This document shows, piece by piece, positions 24,801-36,181 of a stretch of 64,000 nucleotides of DNA (the first letter of the stretch is position 1; each line of letters begins with the position of its first letter). The DNA comes from Lama guanicoe (taxonomy: Eukaryota), in assembly GCA_013239625.1 (NCBI GenBank), contig MU054220.1:1541509-1605508 (forward strand). Reading direction: 5' to 3'. Under the pieces are notes generated by a model. The model was given only the letters and a program-made list of their open reading frames with translations. It was not told the DNA's origin and did no database searches. The translations under genes and the position numbers were made by a program.

Positions 24801-27800
24801 GTGAGGGTGGTAGAAAGGGCTGCATGGGGAATGTAAATTTGACCTTGTCAGAGTGGTAATTGAACACTGTTTTTTTTTTTAATAACTCCAAAATAATCTT
24901 AATGTATTTTGCCTTTCCTTCTTCTGAACCTAGTGGACTTTGTGACTCCATAGTAACTATCTATCGGGAAGAAGGCATCCTAGGATTTTTTGCGTGAGTA
25001 ATCTACTGATTTGTGTGGGTGATTTTTGTGAGAGTGGAAAGCTTTAATGAGAATGAGGGCATGACTATTTGTTTAATCCTTGGGGAGAATGTACCCTCTG
25101 AGTTTACTCTGTGTTAAGCTCTATTTAGGCCCCGTGACTTAAATTCTCTTGTAAAGATCCCGGACTTTTGTTCTGAACACCCAAAATGTTTGAGATAAGG
25201 GTTTGGGGAGGAGGGCATAGCTCAGTGGTAGAGCACGTACTGAGCATGCACGAGGTCCTGGGTTCAGTCCCCAGTACCTCCATTAAAATCAATAAGTAAA
25301 TAAATAAACCGAATTACCTCTCCCTGACACAAAAACAAACAATATGAAATGTGAGTTTTGTTTCTTTTTTTACCAAATACATTCATTCCAAGTTTCTACC
25401 CTTATAGTAAGTTCTCAACTATGTATAGTTGATAAAATGAGGAAAGTGAATTTTTGAAAAATGGGGAAATCATCTAACTGTATCTTCCTTATCCTAAGAG
25501 AATGCTATATTCATTCCCTTGGATTTACTTTGTTTATTTTTTTTTTTTTATTTTGGTGGAAGGTAATTGGGTTTTTATTTATCTTTGTCTTCAGCCTGTG
25601 AGGTCATGTTCATCACACCGTTCCACACTGCCTCACCTAGATCACCCAGGCCCTGGGAGCACGTCTTTGACGTCTCTCCCTTGTATCTGTGTTTGGGCCT
25701 TTCTCATTTTGCAATGTTTCTCATATTTTGCACTATCAAATTTGAATATCAAGTAGTTAAGCAAAAATCGTATGTAAGTCTCTTTGAAGTAGGCAAATGT
25801 TTGGCCTCCCTGCTTACAGTAAGGTGAGCCATTGGCCATAGCTTAGAAGGGTATAGCCGACTTGGATTTTTAAAATGAGAATGAAAGTCATTAGAGATTA
25901 GCCTCAAGTACAATTATATTAAGTAGAATGAACTGGTTAGATTCTGGTATTTAATGTCTTTTCAATTCTCTAGAATGTTTTGAAATCTAATACTTTGAGA
26001 AGTGTTTGTATTGAGTGGATTATCTTCTTACTATTCCCACTTTTTGGTTCTTTTTATTGTTTCTTCATGTAGGGGTCTTATTCCTCGCCTGCTAGGTGAC
26101 ATCATTTCTTTATGGCTCTGTAACTCGCTGGCCTACCTCGTCAACACCTATGCACTGGACAGTGGGGTAGGTTGTGCCTTTGATGAGCTGTGCTGGTGCT
26201 GCTTCATTGTAGTCAGCCGGCATCTAGGTTAGCTTTGAAGTCAGATGGCAGTTGGCTGTGTTCATCATTAATAGCTAGATGTTCATAGTCAAGTTTTTAA
26301 TGGAATGACCATTTTACCTGTCTACCGTAGAGAAATGCAACCAGAGGGTCTCTAGGGTGTGGCAGAGGGAGCCTGTCTCCGTTCTACAAGGAAATCACTT
26401 TATCAGTACCTAATTTTGGAGGACGCTATGAAGCAGTGCAGTTTTATAGTGTAATCGAGGTGTCCATCTAATCTGAAGTGTTAAGGGGACTCCTGTACTG
26501 GGTCTTCTAGAAACTGCAGCCGGTAGGGGTTTGAGAATCAGCCTTCCCTCAAAGCAATGTTTCTGCAGCCTTAGCAGTTGTGAGCCTCTTTGTACACGGG
26601 CAGCCCCATGGCCTGTGGGAACTAGAACACACCCGGGGGTCAGACTAAATCCGTGTGCTAGGTTTCCTGAGTATAGAGGCCGATCTTCTCCACAGCGTCT
26701 GGTACACAGCTAGGTGTGTCTGGAGGTAAGACTTGTCCCTCAGTAGACCGTAAATGTGGGGTTCTAGGACGTGGAACTCCATTCTCAAAATAGAGAGAGA
26801 CTATATTAGTATGGTTGGAGACAATTAGCATTAATATTAGCTTAATCTTCTTACTCATTCTAATAAAGACTTTCTTCCTGTTTTAGGTTTCCACCATGAA
26901 TGAAATGAAGAGTTATTCCCAAGCTGTCACAGGAGTGAGTTTTGATTTTTTTTTTTAATCCTCTTAACCTTTAAGGAATAGGTTTGTTTTGTTTTCTTTT
27001 CTTTTAAATTTGGCCTGTGTCATCACTGCTTTAAATAAACCAGCTGTCTCGCAGGAAAGTCTCTCAAATTTGTTAACGTCAGTCAGCGGTAAGAAGAACC
27101 CAGATCCTTGCATCACAGTAAGAGTAATAAGCCCACACGGTTTGGTGGTGTTCAGCCTTCGGAGCAGGTGTGTGGGCATTTCTCATCACGGCTGCCCCTG
27201 CGTCTCAGGCCTGCTGCTCACCGCATCCTGCTGATCCAATCTGGAAACGTCACCCTCTTTAATCATATGGAGTCTTCCAGGAGTAGACTTCTGAAGTAGT
27301 TCCCATTGTCTTTGGAAAGATGCACCTGCTTTCTTATTTTCTTCAGGGGTATTTTGAAATGCTTCATTGTATTTAGTTGTATTTAACCTTTTCTCTTAAA
27401 TAATGAAGTTTGGTTTTATTTGAATGAGGACTCAGTCACAGAATAAGAGAAGTCTCCTGGTCTTTCATTAAAATGTTGCACGTAATATTACGTTAAAAGG
27501 TGGAAGCATCTCTAGGCTCCAAAATGTGTCATGTAGTCTCTCCTTGATGCTGAGAAAGCCACAGTGGCGCTAGGACTAAGAGAGAGGAAGAAGAATAAAG
27601 AAGACTAGGAATGACCTGGGAACTTAGCAGTCTTTTTATTCTTTTACAGTTTTTTGCCAGTATGCTGACCTATCCCTTTGTGCTTGTCTCCAATCTTATG
27701 GCTGTCAACAACTGTGGGTGAGTGCCTTGCCTTTCTATCTGAGTAGTTGGCTGCCTATATGCCTGACGGTTAGAGCAGTCCCAGTAGACATTTGGGGGGA

Positions 27801-30800
27801 GAAAGGTAGAGTTGATGCTATTGCTAGATTTCCTAGTTTTTTTCTTTGTCTGCCCTATGTACCAGCAGTGCCATCAATTTATATTATAAGCAGCCAGTTC
27901 GTACCCTTTTTTGGAATGGAGAGCGCATAAATAATATTTCTCAAGTGCTTGTAAATAATACGCACTTGCCAGTAGTGTAGGTTCTTTTCTAAAATGGGTG
28001 GGATAATTATCAAATTACTCTATGTTCACATCTTTATTTTATTTTATAATATTTTTTCTTTCCTTTATTTTAAATCTTTACCCTCTTTTATGAAAGTTAC
28101 AAAATGGTGTATCAGGGATTGAATGACATCCTATACCTGTTTTTCCTAGGGGCTTCATGGAGAAAATGAGTTTTAAAGAGAGAAAAGTAGGAAATTTGAG
28201 TGGAGAATGGAAAGTTTCTCAGCCTTTCATGTGCAGGTCGAGAAGGGGTTGGGTGTGGCGATGGACACCACTGATGTCCAGCTTCTAGGTGCCAAGCAAC
28301 TACTGGATAGGACAGAAGCTTTGCCTCTTGATTTAGTTCAGAACTCTGTAACAAAAGTGTACCTGCCACAGTATGCCACTAGACATGTCATCGTTTTCAA
28401 ACAAGATGTCAAATAGAGAGTCGTGTGGAGTTTTCAGCATTGTTATCGTATTTCATATCAGGTTACATTCTGTTCGTTTTGTGATTTATGAAGCAGCTGC
28501 CACATTTTAGTCCAGAGCAGACTTGAAGGATGAGTTAAATGTATCATTATTATTATTTACAGTTTTTAGAGAGGATATGCTTATGGGTGAACCTGACTAA
28601 GAGCCACTGTTTATATCCACTGTCATGTTTGGAGTCTTTCGAATACACTTAGCTTTTAAGTCCCCTTTCCCTGCTCTTTAATCATATAATTCCTGTGTTC
28701 TAGAATTTCATTTGTCCACCAATTGAAAATGAGATGTGTTAGAAAAGACCCAACTGATTGAAGTTTCTTGCTATTTCTTTATCTTTAATTTTTTTTAATA
28801 TTATTGGGGTAGTTGGTTATGTTTATGTCTAATAGAGGTACTGGGGATTGAACCGAGGACCTGTGCCTGCTAAGCATAGCTCTGCCACTGAGCTTACCCT
28901 ACCCCTCTTCTGTTTATTGATTCAAAACCTAAATGTAAGGGAGGGAGATCCCTTTTGGATGCTCGGTCCTTCCCCTGCTCCAGTAGAGGATGTCATTAGA
29001 ACTAAAATTGCCTCTCAGGGAACCTTCTATGTAGAATATCGTTGTTTGTTTGTTTTTGGGGGGAGGTAATTAGGTTTATTTATTTATTTTAATGGAGGTA
29101 CTGGGGATTGAACCCAGGACCTTGTGCATGCTAGGCATGCATTCTACCACTGAGCTATGCCCTCCTCCCTTATGTAGAATATTTTTGACAAAGATTTATT
29201 GTACTCTTGAGAGAGTGTTTTATAAACATTAACTTCAACAACTCATCTTTTTCCTGTTTCAGGCTTGCTGGTGGATGCCCTCCCTACTCCCCAGTATATA
29301 ATTCTTGGATAGATTGCTGGTGCATGCTACAAAAAGAGGTACTTCTCTCATCCTCTCTCCCTCCTTCCCTCCTTCCCTCTCTACCCCTTCCTCATAGTTT
29401 ATTTTGTTTTGTTTGTTTTCTTAAATGTCTCTGGAATCCCGGGTTAATTCTTGTATGTTATCCTTTAGCTACGAATTAATGTACCCTTTACGTTCACTCA
29501 AGTTCCGTGTGTCACCTCTGGCACAGTAGGAAAATGTGCTGCTTAGGAATCATCAGAACAGGTGCTTAAAGAAGTAAGATCCTTCGATGTGATCAAGGAG
29601 GCATTTGAGTGATCATATTCAGATTACAAATAAGGTCCAGGTAGACACTTATCCTGGTTGTTAAAATGATGCCCTTGATTTCAGATTATTTTTTTCCATA
29701 CTCATGTTTTTGTAACTTTTCAAAACCTCCTTATATATATTCAGGTGTTTTCCTGCAGTATATGGAGAAACTGAGAAATAAGAAGTTGTTTTGTGAGATT
29801 ATTTATCACAGTGATGTTAGTAGAACTGATCTCTTACTTCTAGAGTCTTTTGTCCAGACTCTGTATGGTCTTAGTGGATGGAAACCAGACTCCAGTTTAT
29901 TGTTTGTTACTGCTATGAAGTAGTTTGTCTACAACCAAAAATTCTTGATCAATCTAGACAAAGCTTTATTAGGAACCAAAATGATGGTTGGCTTTGTGCT
30001 GAATTTAACACAGAATCACTTAAAATGGCCCATCAGTTGAAAGCTGGGTTCAAGTGAAAAGCAGTTTTTAAAGGCTCACGGAAAAAAGTGAATGAAAAAG
30101 CTCTTTGTTGTGTTATATTACAGTTCTAGTGGTGCATGTGAGAAAGGCCTTTGTTCACGGGGCTCTGGCCTCCCAGCCTGACTTCTGAATGAAAAGCCCA
30201 AGTGCTGCAGGGGGAGTTCTGCTTAGCGTGTCCGACAGGCCCCTTCGCGAACCAGGCCAGGACCTCGGATGGTCGCTGGACAGACCTCACGTGAACAGTC
30301 CTGTCTGAGTCTCACACTCTCTGTTAGACAGTTTCCTTTTGTGGTCCCCACTTAGAAGGAAAGGTGGCCCTTCTTTCCCCCACTTTGTAACTAACCCCCT
30401 GCTATAGAAAGAAAGCAGACAGAAAATTATTACGGTATCAGACGCCTTACCGAGGGAACGTTTGGTCTATAAGTGCTTAAGACAACAGCAGATCTTGGCT
30501 CGGGATTGTCTGTATCAGGCATCATGCTGAGAGCTTCCCATGAATCAGCTCATGTTACCCCCAAAATAACCACATGAGGATAGGTACCGTTCTTTATCGT
30601 CCCACATTACAAATGAAGAAACTGGGATTTCGAACAGTTAAATAATGCCAGTTACGTCACCAAGGTCACACAGCCTGTATTTGGGAGAGCAAGATCTCTG
30701 TGCAGACTGTCTGACGTCAGAGTCCGCTCGGTTACGCTCACAACGTTACGACTTTAATTGTAAGATTTTATAAGTACTCCCTAGAGACCTGACCATTCTA

Positions 30801-31244
30801 TTCAAAATAAATAAAAGCTGGCACTTTCTGCATGTTAGGACTCTTCTCAGCACTTCATATGGAGTGACTCGTTTGGTAATCTAGCAGGGGACAGAGCCAG
30901 AATCCAAACTGAGAATTCTGTCTAAATATGTACGAAATTCTTGCCTTATCCATGTGGCAGAACTATGGTTCGCTAATTCCAAGAAGCTCAGCTTGAATCA
31001 GAACACAAATGGCCCCTCTGCACTGACGCTCCCAGTTTTGTCCTGGTCATTACAGTCATGTCTCCCAGAAACATGTCCAGTTGGATGTCTCTGCTGATTT
31101 GGACTGGTTGACCTCATCTTCACACTAGACTTTATTCGTTGTTTTTTTTTTTTCCAGGGAAATATGAGCCGAGGAAATAGCTTGTTTTTCCGGAAGGTCC
31201 CCTTTGGGAAGACTTATTGTTGTGACCTGAGAATGTTAATTTGA
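15653..31244 (+). CDS. MTCH2: Mitochondrial carrier homolog 2 (outer-membrane insertase), 13 exons, 303 aa
   Basis: join(15653-15739,17945-18029,18183-18289,21893-21919,22552-22614,24118-24175,24442-24493,24934-24993,26073-26166,26887-26934,27650-27717,29263-29338,31158-31244) = 912 nt; MADAASQVLLGSGLTILSQP...GKTYCCDLRMLI*; all introns GT-AG. Confidence 0.98.
17945..18029 (+). CDS. MTCH2: MTCH2 exon 2
   Basis: VGYEPLPPTIGRNIFGRQVCQLPGLFCY; aag|...|gtgagt. Confidence 0.97.
18183..18289 (+). CDS. MTCH2: MTCH2 exon 3
   Basis: QHIASIDGKRGLFTGLTPRLCSGVLGTVVHGKVLQ; tag|...|gtaaga. Confidence 0.97.
21893..21919 (+). CDS. MTCH2: MTCH2 exon 4 (27-nt microexon)
   Basis: HYQECDKVE; tttgtag|...|gtatgt; phase 0-0. 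Confidence 0.92.
22088..22250 (+). mobile_element. Vic-1-like SINE (first of a tandem pair)
   Basis: gagggtatagctcagtggta...ggtcctgggttcaatccc; A-rich tail. Confidence 0.88.
22390..22512 (+). mobile_element. Vic-1-like SINE (second of a tandem pair)
   Basis: ggggagggtatagctcaagtggtaga...gggttcaatccccagtac; (taaa)n tail. Confidence 0.88.
22552..22614 (+). CDS. MTCH2: MTCH2 exon 5
   Basis: ESGSGNVQKEVSSSFDRVIKE; ccag|...|gtaaga. Confidence 0.95.
23217..23341 (+). mobile_element. Vic-1-like SINE
   Basis: 13-bp TSD aagtagagataca at 23204-23216 and 23342-23354. Confidence 0.88.
24118..24175 (+). CDS. MTCH2: MTCH2 exon 6
   Basis: TTREMMARSAATLITHPFH; ctag|...|gtatgt. Confidence 0.96.
24442..24493 (+). 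CDS. MTCH2: MTCH2 exon 7
   Basis: ITLRSMVQFIGRESKY; acag|...|gtaagt. Confidence 0.96.
24934..24993 (+). CDS. MTCH2: MTCH2 exon 8
   Basis: GLCDSIVTIYREEGILGFF; ctag|...|gtgagt. Confidence 0.96.
25205..25341 (+). mobile_element. Vic-1-like SINE
   Basis: ggggaggagggcatagctcagtggtagag...gggttcagtccccagtacctcc. Confidence 0.87.
26073..26166 (+). CDS. MTCH2: MTCH2 exon 9
   Basis: GLIPRLLGDIISLWLCNSLAYLVNTYALDSG; gtag|...|gtaggt. Confidence 0.96.
26887..26934 (+). CDS. MTCH2: MTCH2 exon 10
   Basis: VSTMNEMKSYSQAVTG; ttag|...|gtgagt. Confidence 0.96.
27650..27717 (+). CDS. MTCH2: MTCH2 exon 11
   Basis: FFASMLTYPFVLVSNLMAVNNC; acag|...|gtgagt. Confidence 0.96.
28786..28905 (-). mobile_element. 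Vic-1-like SINE
   Basis: gaggtactggggattgaaccgaggacc...ctctgccactgagct. Confidence 0.8.
29040..29170 (-). mobile_element. Vic-1-like SINE
   Basis: 12-bp TSD tatgtagaatat at 29028-29039 and 29171-29182. Confidence 0.88.
29263..29338 (+). CDS. MTCH2: MTCH2 exon 12
   Basis: LAGGCPPYSPVYNSWIDCWCMLQKE; tcag|...|gtactt. Confidence 0.96.
31158..31244 (+). CDS. MTCH2: MTCH2 exon 13 (coding part)
   Basis: GNMSRGNSLFFRKVPFGKTYCCDLRMLI*; ccag| acceptor; TGA 31242-31244. Confidence 0.96.
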   Translation, partial: GNMSRGNSLFFRKVPFGKTYCCDLRMLI

Positions 31245-32767
31245 AGATGTGGGGCAGGGACAGTGACATTTCTATAGTCCCAGATGCACAGAATTATGGG
31301 AGAGAATGTTGATTTCTACACAGTGTGGCGCGCTTTTTTAATAATCATTTAATCTTGGGAAAATGGAGGTGTTTGGTGTCTGCCTTTTTTTGTTCTTTTT
31401 CCCAGCAAAACACAGTTTACCACTGATACTCCTCCTTTGGTTATTCTGAAGTGGGACGTTTTTGCTCCAGACTTTTACCTAAAGAAAAAGTTGCATTTAC
31501 CTCGAAATACAGGCAAGTTGTCATGTGATTTGAGTCTTCATTTCAGGTTTTGTAAAATGAAGAGTACAATCCCAAGAAGGAAGAGAAATAATTCTGTAAA
31601 ACAAGAAAATTAATGAGGCAAACAATAAGGAAGGTTATAAATTACCTTCTTGTTAGTAGACCCTAAAAACTCAGCATCATCCACCAGAATCTGCCTCCCA
31701 TTAAACGCTTTTAAGCACATTTGATTCATACTTCAAAGAAAGGACAATATACTGCTAAATTACCCTCGAAAATCTCTGCATGAGACATCCACGCCTTCAG
31801 CCTATTACTGCAAAGCAATAAATTGTCGCCAACAACCAAAAAAAGGACAACTACAGAAAATAAGCAAGATTTGGGAAAGAAACGTAATGGCTTTTTTTTT
31901 CCCAAAAGAAATTCTTATTATATAAAATGTGAAAAGCGAATGCTGCAGCATCAGCCCCCTTCTCTAAGAGCTAAGTTTTTGCCAGTCCCTAAAATACATG
32001 GTTACACGGTTCTAACTGTATATAATCTTTTGTTCTTCCGTTTTTTATGTTTGTTTCCTTTATGTTGTTGCAGAAGGTGAGTAGTTTATTTTTCATTCCT
32101 AATGACACCCTTGGAAGGTGTACGTGTAACTTCATGTCTGATGATGCAGACTCAAGTCCACGGGGTTCTTAGGATATGAATCACCTTGCATGTCATACCC
32201 ATGTCATACCCTCAGGCATGTTCACAGTTATGGGGGGGAGGGGAATCACTTTAGAAGGAAATAAAATTTCACCTCAAGCCTAAAGCTCTTATTTACTCAG
32301 GCCTTTTGAAAGCAGGTTAAAATGCTCTAAAATGAGGAAACACTCGGTTTTACTTATTTAAGTAATCCACTGGGATGTTGCCAAATGAGGAAGCACTTAA
32401 TTTGCTGTTTCTCAGAGGAGTTTGCTACTTCCCTGTCAAAGCAGCAGCACCCACAGTGTTAGAGTGAGCATGCAGGGTCTCCTCCCTCCCCCAGGGTTTA
32501 GGAATATAGCCTGAAGCTCATGAGAAGCTTACCTTGAATGTCTTTGATGTCTCTTTGTCTCAAAAACTAATGTAAATTTTATATTCTATTCAATATTATC
32601 TGCATTTGTTTTACTATAAAAATGTTTTGCATTACCTACTTTTTTCCCCAAAAAAAATCTTCCAGTAAAGATGATCTAGGAAAATGTGCCATGTTTATTA
32701 TCCTGTGGCTTCTGTGCTCACACACTCCTGTTAGTTGAAAAGCTTGTCTGACTGTGAGAACCACCTA

Positions 32768-32781
32768 CCGCCAGAGGGCGC
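32768..32781 (+). promoter_or_regulatory. CTCF-like motif just downstream of the probable MTCH2 3' end
   Basis: CCGCCAGAGGGCGC closely fits the CTCF core CCASYAGRKGGCGC. Confidence 0.55.
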
Positions 32782-32923
32782 CAAGGCTTTGGTTTTGCCC
32801 AGAGAAATTGGGCTGTGCAAAAATTTCACCAAGGCCTGGGATTATTCAAAGTACTGGTCAATCAATCTAACGGCATCTAAACTATAAGTACAGTAAGGGT
32901 AATATGACTATATCTCTGGTCCT

Positions 32924-33082
32924 GTTTTTGTTCGTTGGGCGGGGGGAGGTCATTAGGTCTATTTATTTATTTATTTATTTATTACTAGTGGTTTGGGTTT
33001 TTTTTTAATGGAGGTACTGGGAATTGGACCCAGGCCCTCATGCATGCTAAGCACACTACCATTTCAGTTATACCCGCCCCCC
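32924..33082 (-). mobile_element. Vic-1-like SINE
   Basis: aatggaggtactgggaattggacccagg...catgctaagc. Confidence 0.78.
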
Positions 33083-36019
33083 TCATAAAGTTTTATGAGG
33101 TATTAACATACTCAAGGGTCTGAAGTTTATTCAGGGGCTAGTAAATGTAGGTAGGTACTCTTAAAATACACAATCAGGAAATAATGAAATGGCTCATTAT
33201 GTATGTAAATAATGTAAATTTAGATAAGGATTATCTGGTAAGCTACACTTGTGAAACTGGGCTAATGGTTCACCTTGGCAGTACTGAGCTAGGTTGCCAG
33301 GAAATACTCTCTAGGGAATGTGATGGTCATTGAAGCTTGATTGAAGAGAAGAATGTGGGATTTACTGGGGCTTTTGGGGTGGTTGTAAAAGTCCAGGGTA
33401 TACAAGCAACCTTGGAATGAAAGAAACTTTAAACATAGTCCTGTATCCCAGCTTCTTAGTGTTACTGAAATATACCCTAGCTTTGCAAAAATTTCCTACT
33501 CTAGAAATCACCTCCAGTGCCATCTCTTTGTGAGCTTTCTCATAGTCCTCCCAACCAGATAAGATCTTTTGCCTTCAAGTTCCCCTTCCCCCAAGGCTCG
33601 TAATTATACTGCAGACTAAACTGACAAAACGGAAACTACATCCAGCACCAAGCTCAAGGCTTACACAACAGTGGCTTTTCTTATCTCTGATCTGAAATCT
33701 GAAGGAAAAAAAATCATATTTAGCCTTTTAAACAGGCCCACTAAAACAGCCTCACTGGGCTTTGTAGAAAAACTGTAGCTGGTGAAGCAACAGTACATGA
33801 AGTTGGTCAGTCTATTTTCTTTTTCATTTTTCTTTATGAAGTTGGTCAGTTTAAAGTGCTGTAGCTGGTAAGGAAGTAAGGAGAGAGAACAGTGGGAGTA
33901 ATGACTGCCAAGCCTGTCGTCTTAAGTCTGAATTCTCATAATCTTTGGTAGAGTAGATATCCCCACTTTAGAAATAAAGACAATGAGACTCGAAGATTAA
34001 GTAACTCATTTGAAATTATGTGGCTAGTAAGTTTCAGGGCTGAGTTCAAATTTGAGTCTTTGGAATTCCAAGGCATGTTTACTGCTTCATAGAAGCAATG
34101 AAATGCTGAGAAGAAAGTAGCCAGTGAACCACATGATAAGTGATTCATCCATTTGAGGAAAAAGGCTCTGCGTTTTAGACAAATCAGTGAGCCAAATGAC
34201 AGGCCTCCCACAGAAGAGAATTGAATGGTCCTAAATCAGGAAGGACATAGGTTTTGCCTCTGCAGAGTGATAAATGGGTGAAGCAGCTGAAAATAGAGCT
34301 GATCACCATTACTTTTCTAGACTGTTAGGGTTTATGCAGATAGAAAGCTAAGTTACTATACAGTAAAGACTTATTCCTAGGAGTCATCAGTCCAGTGTAT
34401 TGGAACTTTTACTACCTTTGAAGGGTATGTCTTGAAAGTGATCTACATGTCAGCTCTGGATTCTGCCAGAACATCCTTGCATATTGGATGGGTTCATTCA
34501 GGCTGCTTTCTTAAGTGCTGTAATAATTTGTATCTTTGTAGGGTTTTTTTGTTTGTTTTTAAATGTAGACAAAGATGTGTGTTTTATCTCCTCTGGAGAG
34601 GTTTTTTGGGCTTATTTAAGGATGTCACCTGTGACATGTCATTTTAGTCTCATCCCTCTATTGATCCCTCATCTTATCTCTTCAGACTTGAGAGAGTTGG
34701 AATCTTAAACTCTGATTTTTGTCCCAGAGGGAAAGTTGCGAATGAAAGGTCTTGCCACCAACAAAAAACAGAAACAAAAACCTTCTTTTCCAGAGAATAT
34801 CTTGGATGGTAATAGCAATTAACTTTCTAAAACAACTGAGAATGTTTCCCTTCTAACCAATCTTGTTCATAAGAGAAAGGTTTGCTGCCTCCCCGGGCTG
34901 TCCGGGAGGCACATCTTTCACACACACTGCTACGACTCCACGGCACCAGATGAAATGCTGGGGAGACCATTTGCCTTTCTCTCGTAAGTGGATTCCTCTG
35001 CAGCTCAGGCCCCAAATCTCCCAGCCGGGACCAATTAGGCAAATTTTGTATTAAAAACCACAGTTGTTCTGGAACCAACTTACTGCCACCCTGAAAAGGA
35101 ATGTTTTCAGATAGATTCAGATCAGTCCCACACACCAAAATATGGCTGGGGAACAGTGCTTTGGAGAGTGTCAAGGAAAAGAGGGGGAGAAACAGATATG
35201 TGACCTGGCGGCGCTACTCAAGGCTCGCCTACTTGCTGAGAGGGAGAGCAAATAATGAAACCACCCGTGCCCCGTCCCGAAGTCTCCACAATGACAGTGT
35301 GTGAGAAGAGAACTTTTTCTAGCACCAGTGTTTGCCTCACTCACGCAGCCAGGAGAATGAACTGTTCCCTGGTAAGGCCACATTTCCATGGAAAATCTGT
35401 TAGGTTTTACAGTTTATTTCCAGAGTAGCATGAGGAGCCAGAGGTGAGATTAGGACAAGAAACAGAAGTGTGCCTACTCGCGTTCTCTCCAGTCTGGGGC
35501 CCTGCCGTCCTGGCATCCCAGAGGCTGGTGAGAATGTCCTTGGCTGGAAACAAGAAAGGAGGGTGAAAACGGAAACAGCAGGGCCGCGCCTCACGTCAGA
35601 CTGCTCACTCCCCTGGAATTTAGCTTCCTGTGTCTCTCCTCCCTTGAGGGGCCCGCATTTAGGGCTTATAAGTACAACCCTCAGTAAGTGTGCAAAGCCC
35701 TGTGCTGGGGGCAGCGGAGGATGTAAGAAATCCCTCCCTGTCTTCCATGGCCTTACTGCGCGCTGAGGAAGGGGGTGCAGTCTGACCATACAAACTAGGA
35801 ATGCTGGGAGGGTTAAATGGAACCATGTGTAAAACAGCAAAGCCTGAACGCTGAGAGGTTCTCACCGAGTCTCCTAAATACTTGCTGTGATGGCCGTTGG
35901 ACGGGCAGGATGTGCCAGGAGAAGTCCAAACCAAGCACCCTGGGAGCCACAATAGGAAAAGCCCACAACCAGCTGGGGGAACTCGGGGAAGACTTCATGA
36001 AGGAGGGGCCCTTGAGCTG

Positions 36020-36181
36020 TTTTTGTTTGTTTGGTTTGGTTTGGGGTTTTTTGGGGGGAGTGGTAATTAGGCTTATCTATTTACTTATTTATTTTAGTGG
36101 AGATACTGGGGACTAAACCCAGGACCTTGTGCTTGCTAAGCATGCACTCTACCACTGAGCTATATCCACCCCTTCCCACAC
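36020..36181 (-). mobile_element. Vic-1-like SINE
   Basis: ctaagcatgcactctaccactgagctata; flanking tgagctg direct repeats. Confidence 0.83.
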
